From an uncultured Phycisphaerales bacterium (GTDB lineage: Bacteria; Planctomycetota; Phycisphaerae; Sedimentisphaerales; Anaerobacaceae): a DNA stretch of 64,000 nt. The position numbers and the translations under genes were made by a program. Below, one piece after another: positions 21,401 through 30,024 of this stretch (the stretch's first letter is position 1; each line of letters starts with the position of its first letter). Where the stretch lies: positions 1,536,001 to 1,600,000 of the forward strand of contig OY970359.1 of the NCBI GenBank assembly GCA_963718665.1, in the 5' to 3' direction. The notes beneath the pieces were generated by a model. That model was not told where the DNA came from. It saw only the letters and a program-made list of their open reading frames with translations, and searched no databases.

Positions 21401-21914
21401 TATGCTCGCTGTCCGCAACGCCGGCGGGAAATTCGCGGACGATATAGCTGGCGCGTTTTATATGCCCATTGAGGTCGGCCCGGAAAATGTCGAGCTTGGC
21501 AAATCCATCGACAACACTCCCAAATTTGCCCGCAAAGCAAGAGGGATATTCAACGGCGATTACGCATCTTCACTCGACGGCGCAGCCGCAAAAGACAGCC
21601 ATTATTATAATTTCTACGTTACAAAAGAGGGCGACCCCTACGGAAAGTACAATTGGCTCGGTTCTCTTCGACCGGCGGATTTCGAGGCGTTTATGAATTT
21701 CGGCTCGCGGAAGATAACCGATATTGCCGGGCAAATCACATCGGGCAAAATCACCGCTTTGCCCTATCGCCTCGGCACAGATTCGCCCTGCAAACAATGT
21801 GAATATAAACCCGTCTGCCGATTCGACTGGCAGATAAATAATTACAACCTGCTTACCCGCGTCAATAAGGAGCAGGTCCTTGACTTGATTAAGAACGCAG
21901 ATGAGTCAAAGTAA
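18462..21914 (+). CDS. addB: Helicase/nuclease AddAB subunit B
   Basis: GRSGTGKT, LVPEQAT, ECPY, GRIDRLD...DYK and C-terminal CKQCEYKPVC Fe-S cysteines. Confidence 0.93.
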   Translation: MAVRFILGRSGTGKTHHCVKAIVEALSQPAPSGAEGADNQHLVLLVPEQATYQASEAILSDLRVTGYNRLHILSFDRLFFLVLGKNIARPAISRLGRSMVIQRILRECAGKLNVFADSAKLPGLGQRLADTINQLQQYANTPDDIKNLVSNLRKQQGDALTAAKFADLAIVFEEYQKFIEGKFLDPDIQLASACKAVAGADLVRGAKLWVDGFAGFTTAELALLTELLKVVEDAQIALCLDPTTTDIANPDKNKIDPTDLFGHTAETYAELVERIKKCKLKLSPPLILNKPIRFSNSPPLVHIEQSIFNQDSAAISAGGKIRVVSAPNTRAEVQFVARQITNLVRHAGLRYRDIAVIASDLDSYENYIKTCFEDYAIPVFIDKRRPLNQHPVIELICSAMNAATNDFPAGEIFAYLKTDLPAVKRDEINLLENYCLAFGITANDWENDKPWQYAARNAEQFDEERVNRVRKKVIAPLCELKRKLDDAAGDKVTIGPEQFTKIIFDFLEAVEVRKQLSSWVEQAMQKGDYAAADEHRQFYDRLIDIFDEMVEAFEGVSLGCEDYLAILRSAFSQITLAFIPPNLDQVLVGSIERSRHPDLKAVFLIGTTERQFPSPVVFDNILSEEDRLAAQSCGVDLPPGVRQELANRPYLAYIAFTRPSEFLCVTYPAADQKSNEVACSPFVDNLCRLFDDLKEESIESSPVAIEDVCTTYELEDILCSSLQPNALLEKIVRDDQFAAIGSRAADALSYKNEATLDKAVVGEFFDKQLSSSASRLSTFAECPYRHFSRYILGLNKREEFKLEPPDLGEFYHRVLDRFTKRTVADKIDFETIADDALIKMLDDETERICSEDSFILKFAAHSPHNAFMISSAREYLRDCVIAVSQMIRAGGFRPAMSEISFGKSKSAAVRHPAEGDLIGELTLTLPDGRRLTLNGRIDRLDIAKIDGRKVAIVFDYKKRSKNSFDWTEFYYCLDIQLAVYMLAVRNAGGKFADDIAGAFYMPIEVGPENVELGKSIDNTPKFARKARGIFNGDYASSLDGAAAKDSHYYNFYVTKEGDPYGKYNWLGSLRPADFEAFMNFGSRKITDIAGQITSGKITALPYRLGTDSPCKQCEYKPVCRFDWQINNYNLLTRVNKEQVLDLIKNADESK

Positions 21915-24900
21915 AGTTAATCCGCCTCGGCGGATAAAATGGACGACACAGCAGAGCCGGGCAATCGAAGAGCACGGCAGAAACGTCTTTGTCTCCGCTT
22001 CAGCGGGGACAGGCAAGACCGCCGTGCTTTCGGGCAGCTGCGTAAACGTCGTAACCAACCCGTCCGCCTGCCCCGACGTCTGGAGCATTCTCGTCGTTAC
22101 TTTTACCGAAATGGCCGCCGAGGAAATGCGTTCCCGAATCGCAAAGCAGTTAAACTCCGCGATGGAAACGACCTCGGACACGGACCTTCGCAGGCATCTT
22201 CGCAGGCAGTTGATTCTGCTTGGCGCCGCGGATATAAGCACCATTCACTCATTCTGCAAACGCATTATTACCGAGCATTTTTACGAAATCGGGCTTGACC
22301 CGACCTTTGGCATAATCGACGCCGACGAGGCAAAACTGCTCAAGACCGAGATACTCGAAAAAACAATCGACTGGGCCTGGAAACAAAACAATATAGCCGA
22401 TGCGCTCAGGCAGCTTATGACTCGCCGGGATTTGCGAATGACGGAAGGTTTTCCCGCGACCGTAATCGAAATAAGCGACTTTTTAGACGGCATCGTATCA
22501 CGCGAAAACTGGCTTGAGCGGGCGAAAGTTTTAGCCGAGGCAGTTGACCCGTTCGCCACCGATATCGCCCAGGCCCAAAAGCAAATCGTAACGGATAAAC
22601 TTCAGGATGCCCTTGGCCGGCTCGAATTTGCGATGAAAGTTTATAATGACCGGAACCCGTCGGGCAAGTGGGCTGCGAAATGCAGAAACGAATATATAAA
22701 ATCTGTCCGGCAATGTATCGAGCAATTCAATGCCGGTCGGTGGGAATTTGTCAGGCCAAAAGTTTATAAACCCAACGATGTCCCGCAGGCGGACTTTATC
22801 GGCGGAATTGTCGGCGACGCGCTTGATTCCGTCAGGGAGCTTAAAAACCTCGCGATTTTAAATCCCGAATACCTTAACAAATTCGCCGGGGCAATCGGCA
22901 CACAGGCAAAAGTCCTCGTCGAATTGGTCATGCGTTTCGATGACTCGTACCGCCAGGCCAAAAAAGCAATCAATTGCCTGGATTTCGCTGACCTCGAACA
23001 TTACGCGCTGCGATTGTTGACGGCAGACAAATCCAAGCCGTCGCAAACCGCGTTGAAACTGCGTAAAAAATACAAATACGTTTTTGTTGATGAGTACCAG
23101 GATATCAACGACGTTCAGCAGGCAATTATCGATATGGTCGGTTCATTCGGCAATGTCTTCGCAGTCGGCGACCCTAAGCAAAGCATTTACCGATGGCGCG
23201 GGGCTAGGCCCGAAATATTCATCGAGCATCTTGGCCGAGCGTCGGTAAAGCCAGAATCGGGTAGCGCAGGCCTGCGGGTTGACCTCAACGTCAATTTCCG
23301 CTCCGTCAAACCAATACTTGATTTCGCCAATAAAGTATTCGGCCGGATAATGACCGCCTCGTTTGCCGGCATCGATTACGATGAGTCGGCACAACTTGAA
23401 CCCCATTCGCAGGATGCCGCCGGTGCCGAAATTTCTCCCGCGGTTGAATTGCACATACTCGACGAGGCACAGAACGATTCCGATGCGTCACCTTTCAGCG
23501 ACAGGCAATTGCAGGCGGCGATGATTGCCCGGCGAATAAAGCAGCTCGTTGGCGCCGATTCGAATGAGCAAATCATCGACAAAGAAACAAAAAAACCGCG
23601 ACCTGTCGAATACCGTGACATTGTTGTCCTGATGCGCTCGCTGGCGGGCAAAAGCGATTTTATCGAATCGCTGCGTCTCGCAGGCATTCCCGTAAGCTGC
23701 GACGCTGCCGCTGGCTATTTTGAGGCGACCGAAATCACGGATATGCTGTCCCTGCTGAAGGTTCTCGATAACCCGCGACGCGACATAGAGTTTGCCGCAA
23801 CGCTGCGTTGCCCGTTTTTCCGGTTCACCGATACGGAGCTTGCGAAGATTCGCCTGCACGGCAAAGATACTAATCGCAACCTTGGCTTTTATGATTGCGT
23901 AATATCGATTTGCGAATCAGCAGGTGAACGCGGACTTGCCGACAAACTTGCCAAATCACTCGCTACGCTCGACGAATGGCGAACTGTCGCTCATCGGGGC
24001 CGGCTCGCGGAACTGATTTGGCATATCTATCGCCGGACTGGTTATCTGTCATTCGTCTGCGCTTTGCCTGATGGCCCCGCTCGCAGGGCCAATCTGCTGA
24101 AACTTCACGACAGGGCTATCCAGTTCGAGGGGTTCGCGGGCAACTCGGGTGTCCCCTCGCTTACCCGTTTCATTGATTTTATCGAAAAGCTTATCGCCGC
24201 CGGCGAGGACTGGTCAAAGCCCCAGCCCGAAGCCGGAACAGGCAATACGGTTCGCGTTATGAGCATCCACAAAAGCAAAGGCCTCGAATTTCCCGTCGTA
24301 TTCGTCGCTGACCTCGACAGCCGGTTCAGCAAAAAGGACTTCAGCAAAGATTGCGTAACCGACGAACAATTGACCCTCGGGCTGAAAATTATCGATACCG
24401 AAAGCAACTCCCGCCTCGATTCGCTCGCCTACCAGGTAATCGAGGAGCGAAACCGCCGAAAGTCGCTGGCCGAGGAAATGCGAATCCTCTACGTCGCGAT
24501 GACAAGGGCGATGAATCGCCTCATCCTCGTCGGCTGCAAAGACCGGGATAGCAGCCAAAACATTCTTACCGCTGCCAATTCATTTGCAGGTCAATCAATC
24601 CCGTCCTGGCATCTCGAAATTTACCAAAACCACCTCGACTGGATTTTGTCATCGCTCGGCAGTGAGCCGCTCCTGCATCAGGTATTTCAAACCGAACTGC
24701 CAGCGCAAGCCACGCAGAATAATTTATTCAGCGTCCAGTTTTATGACCAGCCGGAGCTGGCGAAACTTTCCGCCATTATCCAGCCCTCAAAACATACAAC
24801 AATCGACAATCGGCAATCGGCAATCGGCAATTCGAAACCCCTTTCCCGGCTTAAAGAATTGCTTAATTGGCGATATCCATTCGGCAACGCGCCGTCGCTG

Positions 24901-25551
24901 CCCGCCAAAAGAACGGTAACGCAGTGGACACATCGCAATGATGAATTCACGAAAATTGATTATTCGCTTGCCTTCGACCGAAAACCGAAAGCTGTTTTCG
25001 CAACTAAGCAAATCGACGGCAGAGCTGTCGGGACAGCCACGCACTTGGTTATGTCAAAGCTTGATCTGACTAAATCCGTAACGACGCAGGCGGTGGTTCA
25101 ACTTATTGAAAAACTTGTAAAAGACGGCGCCATTATTCGGGAAATCGCGTCGCAAATAAATGCCGAATCGATTGCTAAATTCTTCAAAAGCAAACTCAGC
25201 CAAATAGTCCTCGATAAAAAGACTGTCGTCCGGCGTGAATGGCCCTTCACCTTTGCCGTCCCCGCTTCGCAATGGAACGAGGCGTTTCAGGAAACTCAAA
25301 ACTCAAAGCTCAAAACTCAGGACTTCATTATCGTTCAGGGCATAATCGATTTGCTTATCAAAACCCCTGAAGGACTCGTAATTATAGATTTCAAAACTGA
25401 TGATGTGTCCGCCGATGGTGCGGCAAAACGTGCCGAATTATACCGCCGACAATTAGACCTTTACGCCCAGGCCGCAAGCATAATACTTGGCCAGGAGATA
25501 AAAAGTAAATGGCTCTGTTTCCTAAGGCCCGGCTGCGAAGTCGAGGTCTGA
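21901..25551 (+). CDS. addA: Helicase/nuclease AddAB subunit A
   Basis: ASAGTGKT, VDEYQD, VGDPKQSIYRWR, SIHKSKGLEF, YVAMTRA and QGIIDL...IDFKT. Confidence 0.95.
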   Translation: MSQSKVNPPRRIKWTTQQSRAIEEHGRNVFVSASAGTGKTAVLSGSCVNVVTNPSACPDVWSILVVTFTEMAAEEMRSRIAKQLNSAMETTSDTDLRRHLRRQLILLGAADISTIHSFCKRIITEHFYEIGLDPTFGIIDADEAKLLKTEILEKTIDWAWKQNNIADALRQLMTRRDLRMTEGFPATVIEISDFLDGIVSRENWLERAKVLAEAVDPFATDIAQAQKQIVTDKLQDALGRLEFAMKVYNDRNPSGKWAAKCRNEYIKSVRQCIEQFNAGRWEFVRPKVYKPNDVPQADFIGGIVGDALDSVRELKNLAILNPEYLNKFAGAIGTQAKVLVELVMRFDDSYRQAKKAINCLDFADLEHYALRLLTADKSKPSQTALKLRKKYKYVFVDEYQDINDVQQAIIDMVGSFGNVFAVGDPKQSIYRWRGARPEIFIEHLGRASVKPESGSAGLRVDLNVNFRSVKPILDFANKVFGRIMTASFAGIDYDESAQLEPHSQDAAGAEISPAVELHILDEAQNDSDASPFSDRQLQAAMIARRIKQLVGADSNEQIIDKETKKPRPVEYRDIVVLMRSLAGKSDFIESLRLAGIPVSCDAAAGYFEATEITDMLSLLKVLDNPRRDIEFAATLRCPFFRFTDTELAKIRLHGKDTNRNLGFYDCVISICESAGERGLADKLAKSLATLDEWRTVAHRGRLAELIWHIYRRTGYLSFVCALPDGPARRANLLKLHDRAIQFEGFAGNSGVPSLTRFIDFIEKLIAAGEDWSKPQPEAGTGNTVRVMSIHKSKGLEFPVVFVADLDSRFSKKDFSKDCVTDEQLTLGLKIIDTESNSRLDSLAYQVIEERNRRKSLAEEMRILYVAMTRAMNRLILVGCKDRDSSQNILTAANSFAGQSIPSWHLEIYQNHLDWILSSLGSEPLLHQVFQTELPAQATQNNLFSVQFYDQPELAKLSAIIQPSKHTTIDNRQSAIGNSKPLSRLKELLNWRYPFGNAPSLPAKRTVTQWTHRNDEFTKIDYSLAFDRKPKAVFATKQIDGRAVGTATHLVMSKLDLTKSVTTQAVVQLIEKLVKDGAIIREIASQINAESIAKFFKSKLSQIVLDKKTVVRREWPFTFAVPASQWNEAFQETQNSKLKTQDFIIVQGIIDLLIKTPEGLVIIDFKTDDVSADGAAKRAELYRRQLDLYAQAASIILGQEIKSKWLCFLRPGCEVEV

Positions 25552-25587
25552 ATATGTAGAAAAATATTATTTAATAAGGAGGAAAAA

Positions 25588-26982
25588 ATGATTACCGCAC
25601 CCAAAACCAGGTATCTCATAGTGTCAGCGTTTTTATTTCAGATTGTATTTAGCTGCTCAGCTCTCGCTCATCTCGAAAAGGTCAAATTTTTCCCTTCCGA
25701 CGCCAATGCCGGCGACGGCTTTGGTGTTTCGGTTGCTATCGACGGCAATACCGCGGTGGTTGGGGCATATCAGAATGACTCCAACGGCGGCGACTGCGGC
25801 GCCGCTTATGTTTACGAATTTTCCGGCTCACAGTGGGTTCAAAAACAAAAGCTCATCCCTTCCGACGGTGCGGCCGGCGATAAATTCGGCAAGTCGGTCG
25901 CCATCCAGGATAACACTATTGTAGTGGGCAGTTATGACGACAACGAAGGTTCCGCTTATGTCTTCTCTAATTCGGGCGGTGTCTGGACTCAGCAGCAAAA
26001 AATTGTCGCGCCCGATGCCGCCACAGGCGACAAATTCGGCTGCTCCGTCGCAATCGATAATAACACCATCGTCATAGGCGCTTATGGCGACAACGGTTAT
26101 GCCGGCAGCGCCTCGGTTTTTGTCCTTGCCGGCTCAAGCTGGGTTTTCCAGCAGAAACTCACTGCTTTGAATGCCGAATCAATGGATATCTTCGGCTGTA
26201 GTGTCGCAATCGACAACAACATCATTATTATCGGTGCGCCAAATGATGACTATTCCGGTATCAGCGACGCTGGTTCCGCCTATATCTATCAGCGACAGGA
26301 CGCAACGTGGCTCGAACAAAATATTCTTCGGGCATCCGATAGCGGCCCATTTCATCACTTCGGATACTCCGTCGCCATAGACGGCAACTGGGCTGTCATC
26401 GGCGCGTATGAATGCAATATCGGGAGCATTAATACGGCAGGCGCAGCTTATGTTTTTTCCCAAACTGACGCCAACTGGGTTGAGCGTCAAAAACTGTTCG
26501 ATGCAAATGACCCCTGCAGCGGCGACGATTTTGGCTCCGCGGTCGCCATAAAAGATGACACAATACTTGTGGGCTGTCCTTATGATTTCGTTAATGGCAA
26601 TATGGCCGGTTCGGTATTCGAATTTGTCCGCACGGGCACAAACTGGGTTCAAAGTGACCGGCTCGCGGCAGGCGACGCCAATACAAACGACAGGTTCGGC
26701 TCCTCGCTCGCATTATCAGGTCGCCATACCATCATTGGTGTACCTAACAACCTCAACAATAACAAATCCACCGGCGCAGCTTATATCTTTAACGAAAACG
26801 ACGCTGTGGCCGGTGATTTCGACGGCGATTCCGATGTGGATTTCATCGACTTTACTATCCTCGCTGATGCCTGGCGGCAAAATAATCCTTTAGTGGATAT
26901 TGCTCCAACACCAGCCAGCGACGGTATCGTCGATATGAAAGATTTCGATGTCCTGTGCGATAACTGGCTTGTCGGCAAATAA
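25588..26982 (+). CDS. Secreted FG-GAP repeat beta-propeller with a C-terminal dockerin/EF-hand-like module
   Basis: Signal peptide; seven D.FG.SVAI.....VGA....G.AYV repeats; GDFDGDSDVDFIDF and DGIVDMKDF tail. Confidence 0.9.
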   Translation: MITAPKTRYLIVSAFLFQIVFSCSALAHLEKVKFFPSDANAGDGFGVSVAIDGNTAVVGAYQNDSNGGDCGAAYVYEFSGSQWVQKQKLIPSDGAAGDKFGKSVAIQDNTIVVGSYDDNEGSAYVFSNSGGVWTQQQKIVAPDAATGDKFGCSVAIDNNTIVIGAYGDNGYAGSASVFVLAGSSWVFQQKLTALNAESMDIFGCSVAIDNNIIIIGAPNDDYSGISDAGSAYIYQRQDATWLEQNILRASDSGPFHHFGYSVAIDGNWAVIGAYECNIGSINTAGAAYVFSQTDANWVERQKLFDANDPCSGDDFGSAVAIKDDTILVGCPYDFVNGNMAGSVFEFVRTGTNWVQSDRLAAGDANTNDRFGSSLALSGRHTIIGVPNNLNNNKSTGAAYIFNENDAVAGDFDGDSDVDFIDFTILADAWRQNNPLVDIAPTPASDGIVDMKDFDVLCDNWLVGK

Positions 26983-27058
26983 CTCGCTGAGAAGTAATGG
27001 CAATATGAATTCCCTGCGTTTACCCCGTTAGATGGTGGCTTCACCTATCTCACGGGGG

Positions 27059-27650
27059 CTAATTTGGAAAGTTCAGCGTCGCGAATTCTCCGTGGTATTT
27101 TCTCGCCGCCGCGTCGTAAACTCTCGCCGCCTCGACCTCCGTCGCAAAGCACCCTAAGCTTATTCGTCGCCCTTCGGCGTTGATATAGCTGTCCCACGGC
27201 TTATATCTGCGCGAATTTTTATGAAAGCACACCCCTTTGAATCTCGACGAGCATCCTTTGCGTTTCCTGCAATTGACCGTATTTTGCCCTCTCGTCGCCG
27301 CCCTGAGATTTGTCCTTCTGTTGTCTAATCCGTTATGATTGAAATGGTCAATCAGCTTTCCCTTCGGATTTCCCATTATCGCGTTATGCATCCATACCAA
27401 TCTTTTCTTTGTCTTATCGCTCACCCGCGCATCGCACCGCGTACCACGTTCTTGAGCTGTATCTGGTGCTCCAGTGATAATTTTTCAGCCGCTCGTAATC
27501 ATCCGCGTCAACAATCGCGAACTTGTATCTCGTTAGCGGTATCAGCCGAATCTCGTGCCCGAATCGGCTGCGATAATAGACCAGATATACCGCGTGTAAT
27601 ATCCGTCCCAGCCAGTTTAATTCCTTTGCCTTGCTAATCTTTATACTCAA
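27059..27650 (-). pseudogene. HNH endonuclease-AP2 domain protein, split by a frameshift near 27424-27433
   Basis: The 5' part has IPLT..KFAIVDADD; the 3' part has MHNAIM..IDHFNHNGLDNRRTNLR (HNH) and SRFKGV..LGCF.TE.EAAR.YD.AA.KYHGEFA.LNF (AP2). Adding 2 nt gives 197 aa. Confidence 0.85.
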
Positions 27651-27693
27651 ATCTCAAATTATTATTTCCCGCCCTTGGCGTAATTTACTTCAA

Positions 27694-27750
27694 CATTGGT
27701 TATTGGATATTCGATATTGGACATTCCTATCAGTCATCCGTCTTCTGTCT
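27694..27750. repeat. Heptamer tandem repeats (TATTGGA-like, then TCYGTCT-like)
   Basis: cattggt tattgga tattcga tattgga cattcct, then tcagtca tccgtct tctgtct. Confidence 0.7.
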
Positions 27751-27820
27751 TTACTTCTCCTGCTCACCTGTTCCACTCTCTAACTTCTCGCGCAGCGGCG
27801 CAGCAGGGGACCCAGAATTA

Positions 27821-27890
27821 ACTCAACACTAACAACTATTAACTAACGACTAACGACTAACGACTAACGACTAACCACTAACGACTATAG
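27821..27890 (+). repeat. Heptamer tandem array (ACTAACG)x10, degenerate at the edges
   Basis: actcaac actaaca actatta actaacg actaacg actaacg actaacg actaacc actaacg actatag. Confidence 0.92.
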
Positions 27891-28280
27891 AGGAAGTCGA
27901 ACAATCGACGTCCTCTATAATATGGCGCAATCTTGCGCACTTTTGACGAAAACTAAGGGATTTCCTGATGGGGTCAAAATCGCTAACCCCTTATGCGGCA
28001 AGGAGTAAAAATTTTTTAAGATTTTTGAATCTAAGGGTTTTCGACCTGCGCGAAAATGGATAACAACTGTTTTTATCCAGAATTTAAAACCTTGGTGTAA
28101 AAAGAGTTATGGCAAAAAATAAGCGAAGTAATGTCCCCGCCATTTTTTGTAAGTGCTGACAGATAAAGATTTTAACGCTGCCTTTTCCTCATCCGTATTT
28201 AGCCCCGTCAGCATCGCCGGAGGCGTGTGACGGGGTTCCCCTCGCGAGGTTCGCTTAAAATGTTTATCCCGCCAAATCAC

Positions 28281-28308
28281 TTGACCAAACCCGTTTTTAC
28301 CGTATTAT
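28281..28308 (+). promoter_or_regulatory. Putative sigma70-type promoter for the mod-res operon
   Basis: TTGACC-16 nt-TATTAT, about 30 nt upstream of the start codon. Confidence 0.5.
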
Positions 28309-28335
28309 CTATCTCGTTCTAAACATGGAGAGCTA

Positions 28336-30024
28336 TTGACTATGCCGAATGGTTACTCAGAACTGTCAAAAAATGACCTTCTGAAGGTTATACAAAAACT
28401 TGAATCCCGCAAGAAATACGGTCTTGTCTGGGATGAGGATCGAACGAAGGAGCAGTTCGAAAAAGAATCCGAAAATGCTTTGCCCGTACTGAAGGAAGTC
28501 AAAGGCAAAGAAATCATCACTGAACCGGATAAACCAATCAATATTCTTATCGAAGGTGATAACTACCATGCCCTTTCAGTGCTGAATTATACTCACCAAG
28601 GCAAGATAGATGTTATCTACATTGACCCGCCGTACAACACAGGGGCGAAGGACTGGAAATACAGTAATGATTATGTGGATATAAATGACACCTATAGACA
28701 TAGCAAATGGCTTTCTATGATGTCAAAAAGATTAAGGTTGGCAAAGAATTTGTTAAAAGATGACGGGGTATTGATTTGTGCGATAGACGAAAACGAACTC
28801 AACCGTATAGGTTTATTACTTGAGGATCTTTTCGGAAACTGTGAAATTCATTGTATTACGATAGTTCACAATCCAAGGGGTGTGCAGGGAAACAATTTTT
28901 CATACACACACGAATACGCATACTTTGTATTTCAAAAAGGATTGAAAATAGTTGGTCCAAGAAAAATCAAAGAGGACGACATCTATTGGAGTAATTTAAG
29001 AAACTGGGGTGGCGAATCTTTAAGAACCGATGCGAAAAATTGCTTTTATCCAATTATAGTTGAAAAGGACAACATTGTTGGCTTTGGTGATGTGCCCGAA
29101 GATGACTTTCATCCGGAAAAACAAACCATCGTAAAAGGAAGTAAACATTATGTTTACCCCATCGATGTAAAAGGAACTGAGCGAAAATGGAGATACGCAA
29201 GACAAAGCGTTGAAGAGGTTAAAGAGTATCTGAGGACGCAAAAAAGGAATGGTGGGTACGAAATTGAGATAGGTAAGGATTTCGGCACAGTTAAAACTGT
29301 TTGGCAAGATAGAAGGTATGATGCAAACGAGTACGGAACCAAAATCGTCCGTGCGCTTGTTCCGGAAACCGATTTCGACTTTCCTAAATCCATTTGGAAT
29401 ACGTATGATTGTATAGCTCCTATTTTATATCAAAAAAAGAATGCGACAATTCTAGATTTTTTTGCAGGTTCCGGTACGACCGCTCATGCTGTAATGATTC
29501 TTAACAAGGAAGACGGACAAGAAGGACACCGAAAATTTATCCTTTGTACGAACAACGAAAACGAGATTGCGCAAAAAGTTTGTCATCCCAGAATTAAAAA
29601 GGTTATTCAAGGGCATAAGGATTACCCTGACATTACAGGAATTAAATCTAATCTGAAATACTACAAGACTTCTTTCGTAAAGCGAACTATCAGCAAAGAT
29701 ACTTTGAAGATTCGCATTACCCATGAATGTACCGAAATGCTTTGTCTTCGCGAGGGCATCTTTGACGAAAAGAAGAAGACGGCTGACTATCGCATATTTG
29801 ACCAAAATAGCCGAATCATGGCCGTTTATTATTCGCTTCAACGCGCACAACTTAAGGTTCTCAAGAAGGACCTCGACAAAATGAAGGGTGATAAAATCCT
29901 CTACTGTTTCACCCTTGATCCGCTGGGTCTGGATAAAACCGACTTTCAGGACTGGCAGGGTGTATCTTTAGAACCCATCCCACAGAAAATACTCGATGTG
30001 TACGAGAGCATCTATGAATATTAA
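28336..30024 (+). CDS. mod: Type III-like R-M system adenine DNA methyltransferase (Mod)
   Basis: IEGDN, IYIDPPYNTG, FPKS and LDFFAGSGTT; start TTG 28336 or ATG 28342. Confidence 0.9.
   Translation: MTMPNGYSELSKNDLLKVIQKLESRKKYGLVWDEDRTKEQFEKESENALPVLKEVKGKEIITEPDKPINILIEGDNYHALSVLNYTHQGKIDVIYIDPPYNTGAKDWKYSNDYVDINDTYRHSKWLSMMSKRLRLAKNLLKDDGVLICAIDENELNRIGLLLEDLFGNCEIHCITIVHNPRGVQGNNFSYTHEYAYFVFQKGLKIVGPRKIKEDDIYWSNLRNWGGESLRTDAKNCFYPIIVEKDNIVGFGDVPEDDFHPEKQTIVKGSKHYVYPIDVKGTERKWRYARQSVEEVKEYLRTQKRNGGYEIEIGKDFGTVKTVWQDRRYDANEYGTKIVRALVPETDFDFPKSIWNTYDCIAPILYQKKNATILDFFAGSGTTAHAVMILNKEDGQEGHRKFILCTNNENEIAQKVCHPRIKKVIQGHKDYPDITGIKSNLKYYKTSFVKRTISKDTLKIRITHECTEMLCLREGIFDEKKKTADYRIFDQNSRIMAVYYSLQRAQLKVLKKDLDKMKGDKILYCFTLDPLGLDKTDFQDWQGVSLEPIPQKILDVYESIYEY

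Noticed and set aside
27821..27890. CRISPR array
   Set aside because: Contiguous 7-nt units with no unique spacers, and no cas genes in the window.
28050..28085. DnaA-box cluster / oriC
   Set aside because: Only partial TTATCCA matches forming one palindrome; no perfect TTATCCACA and no dnaA or dnaN nearby.
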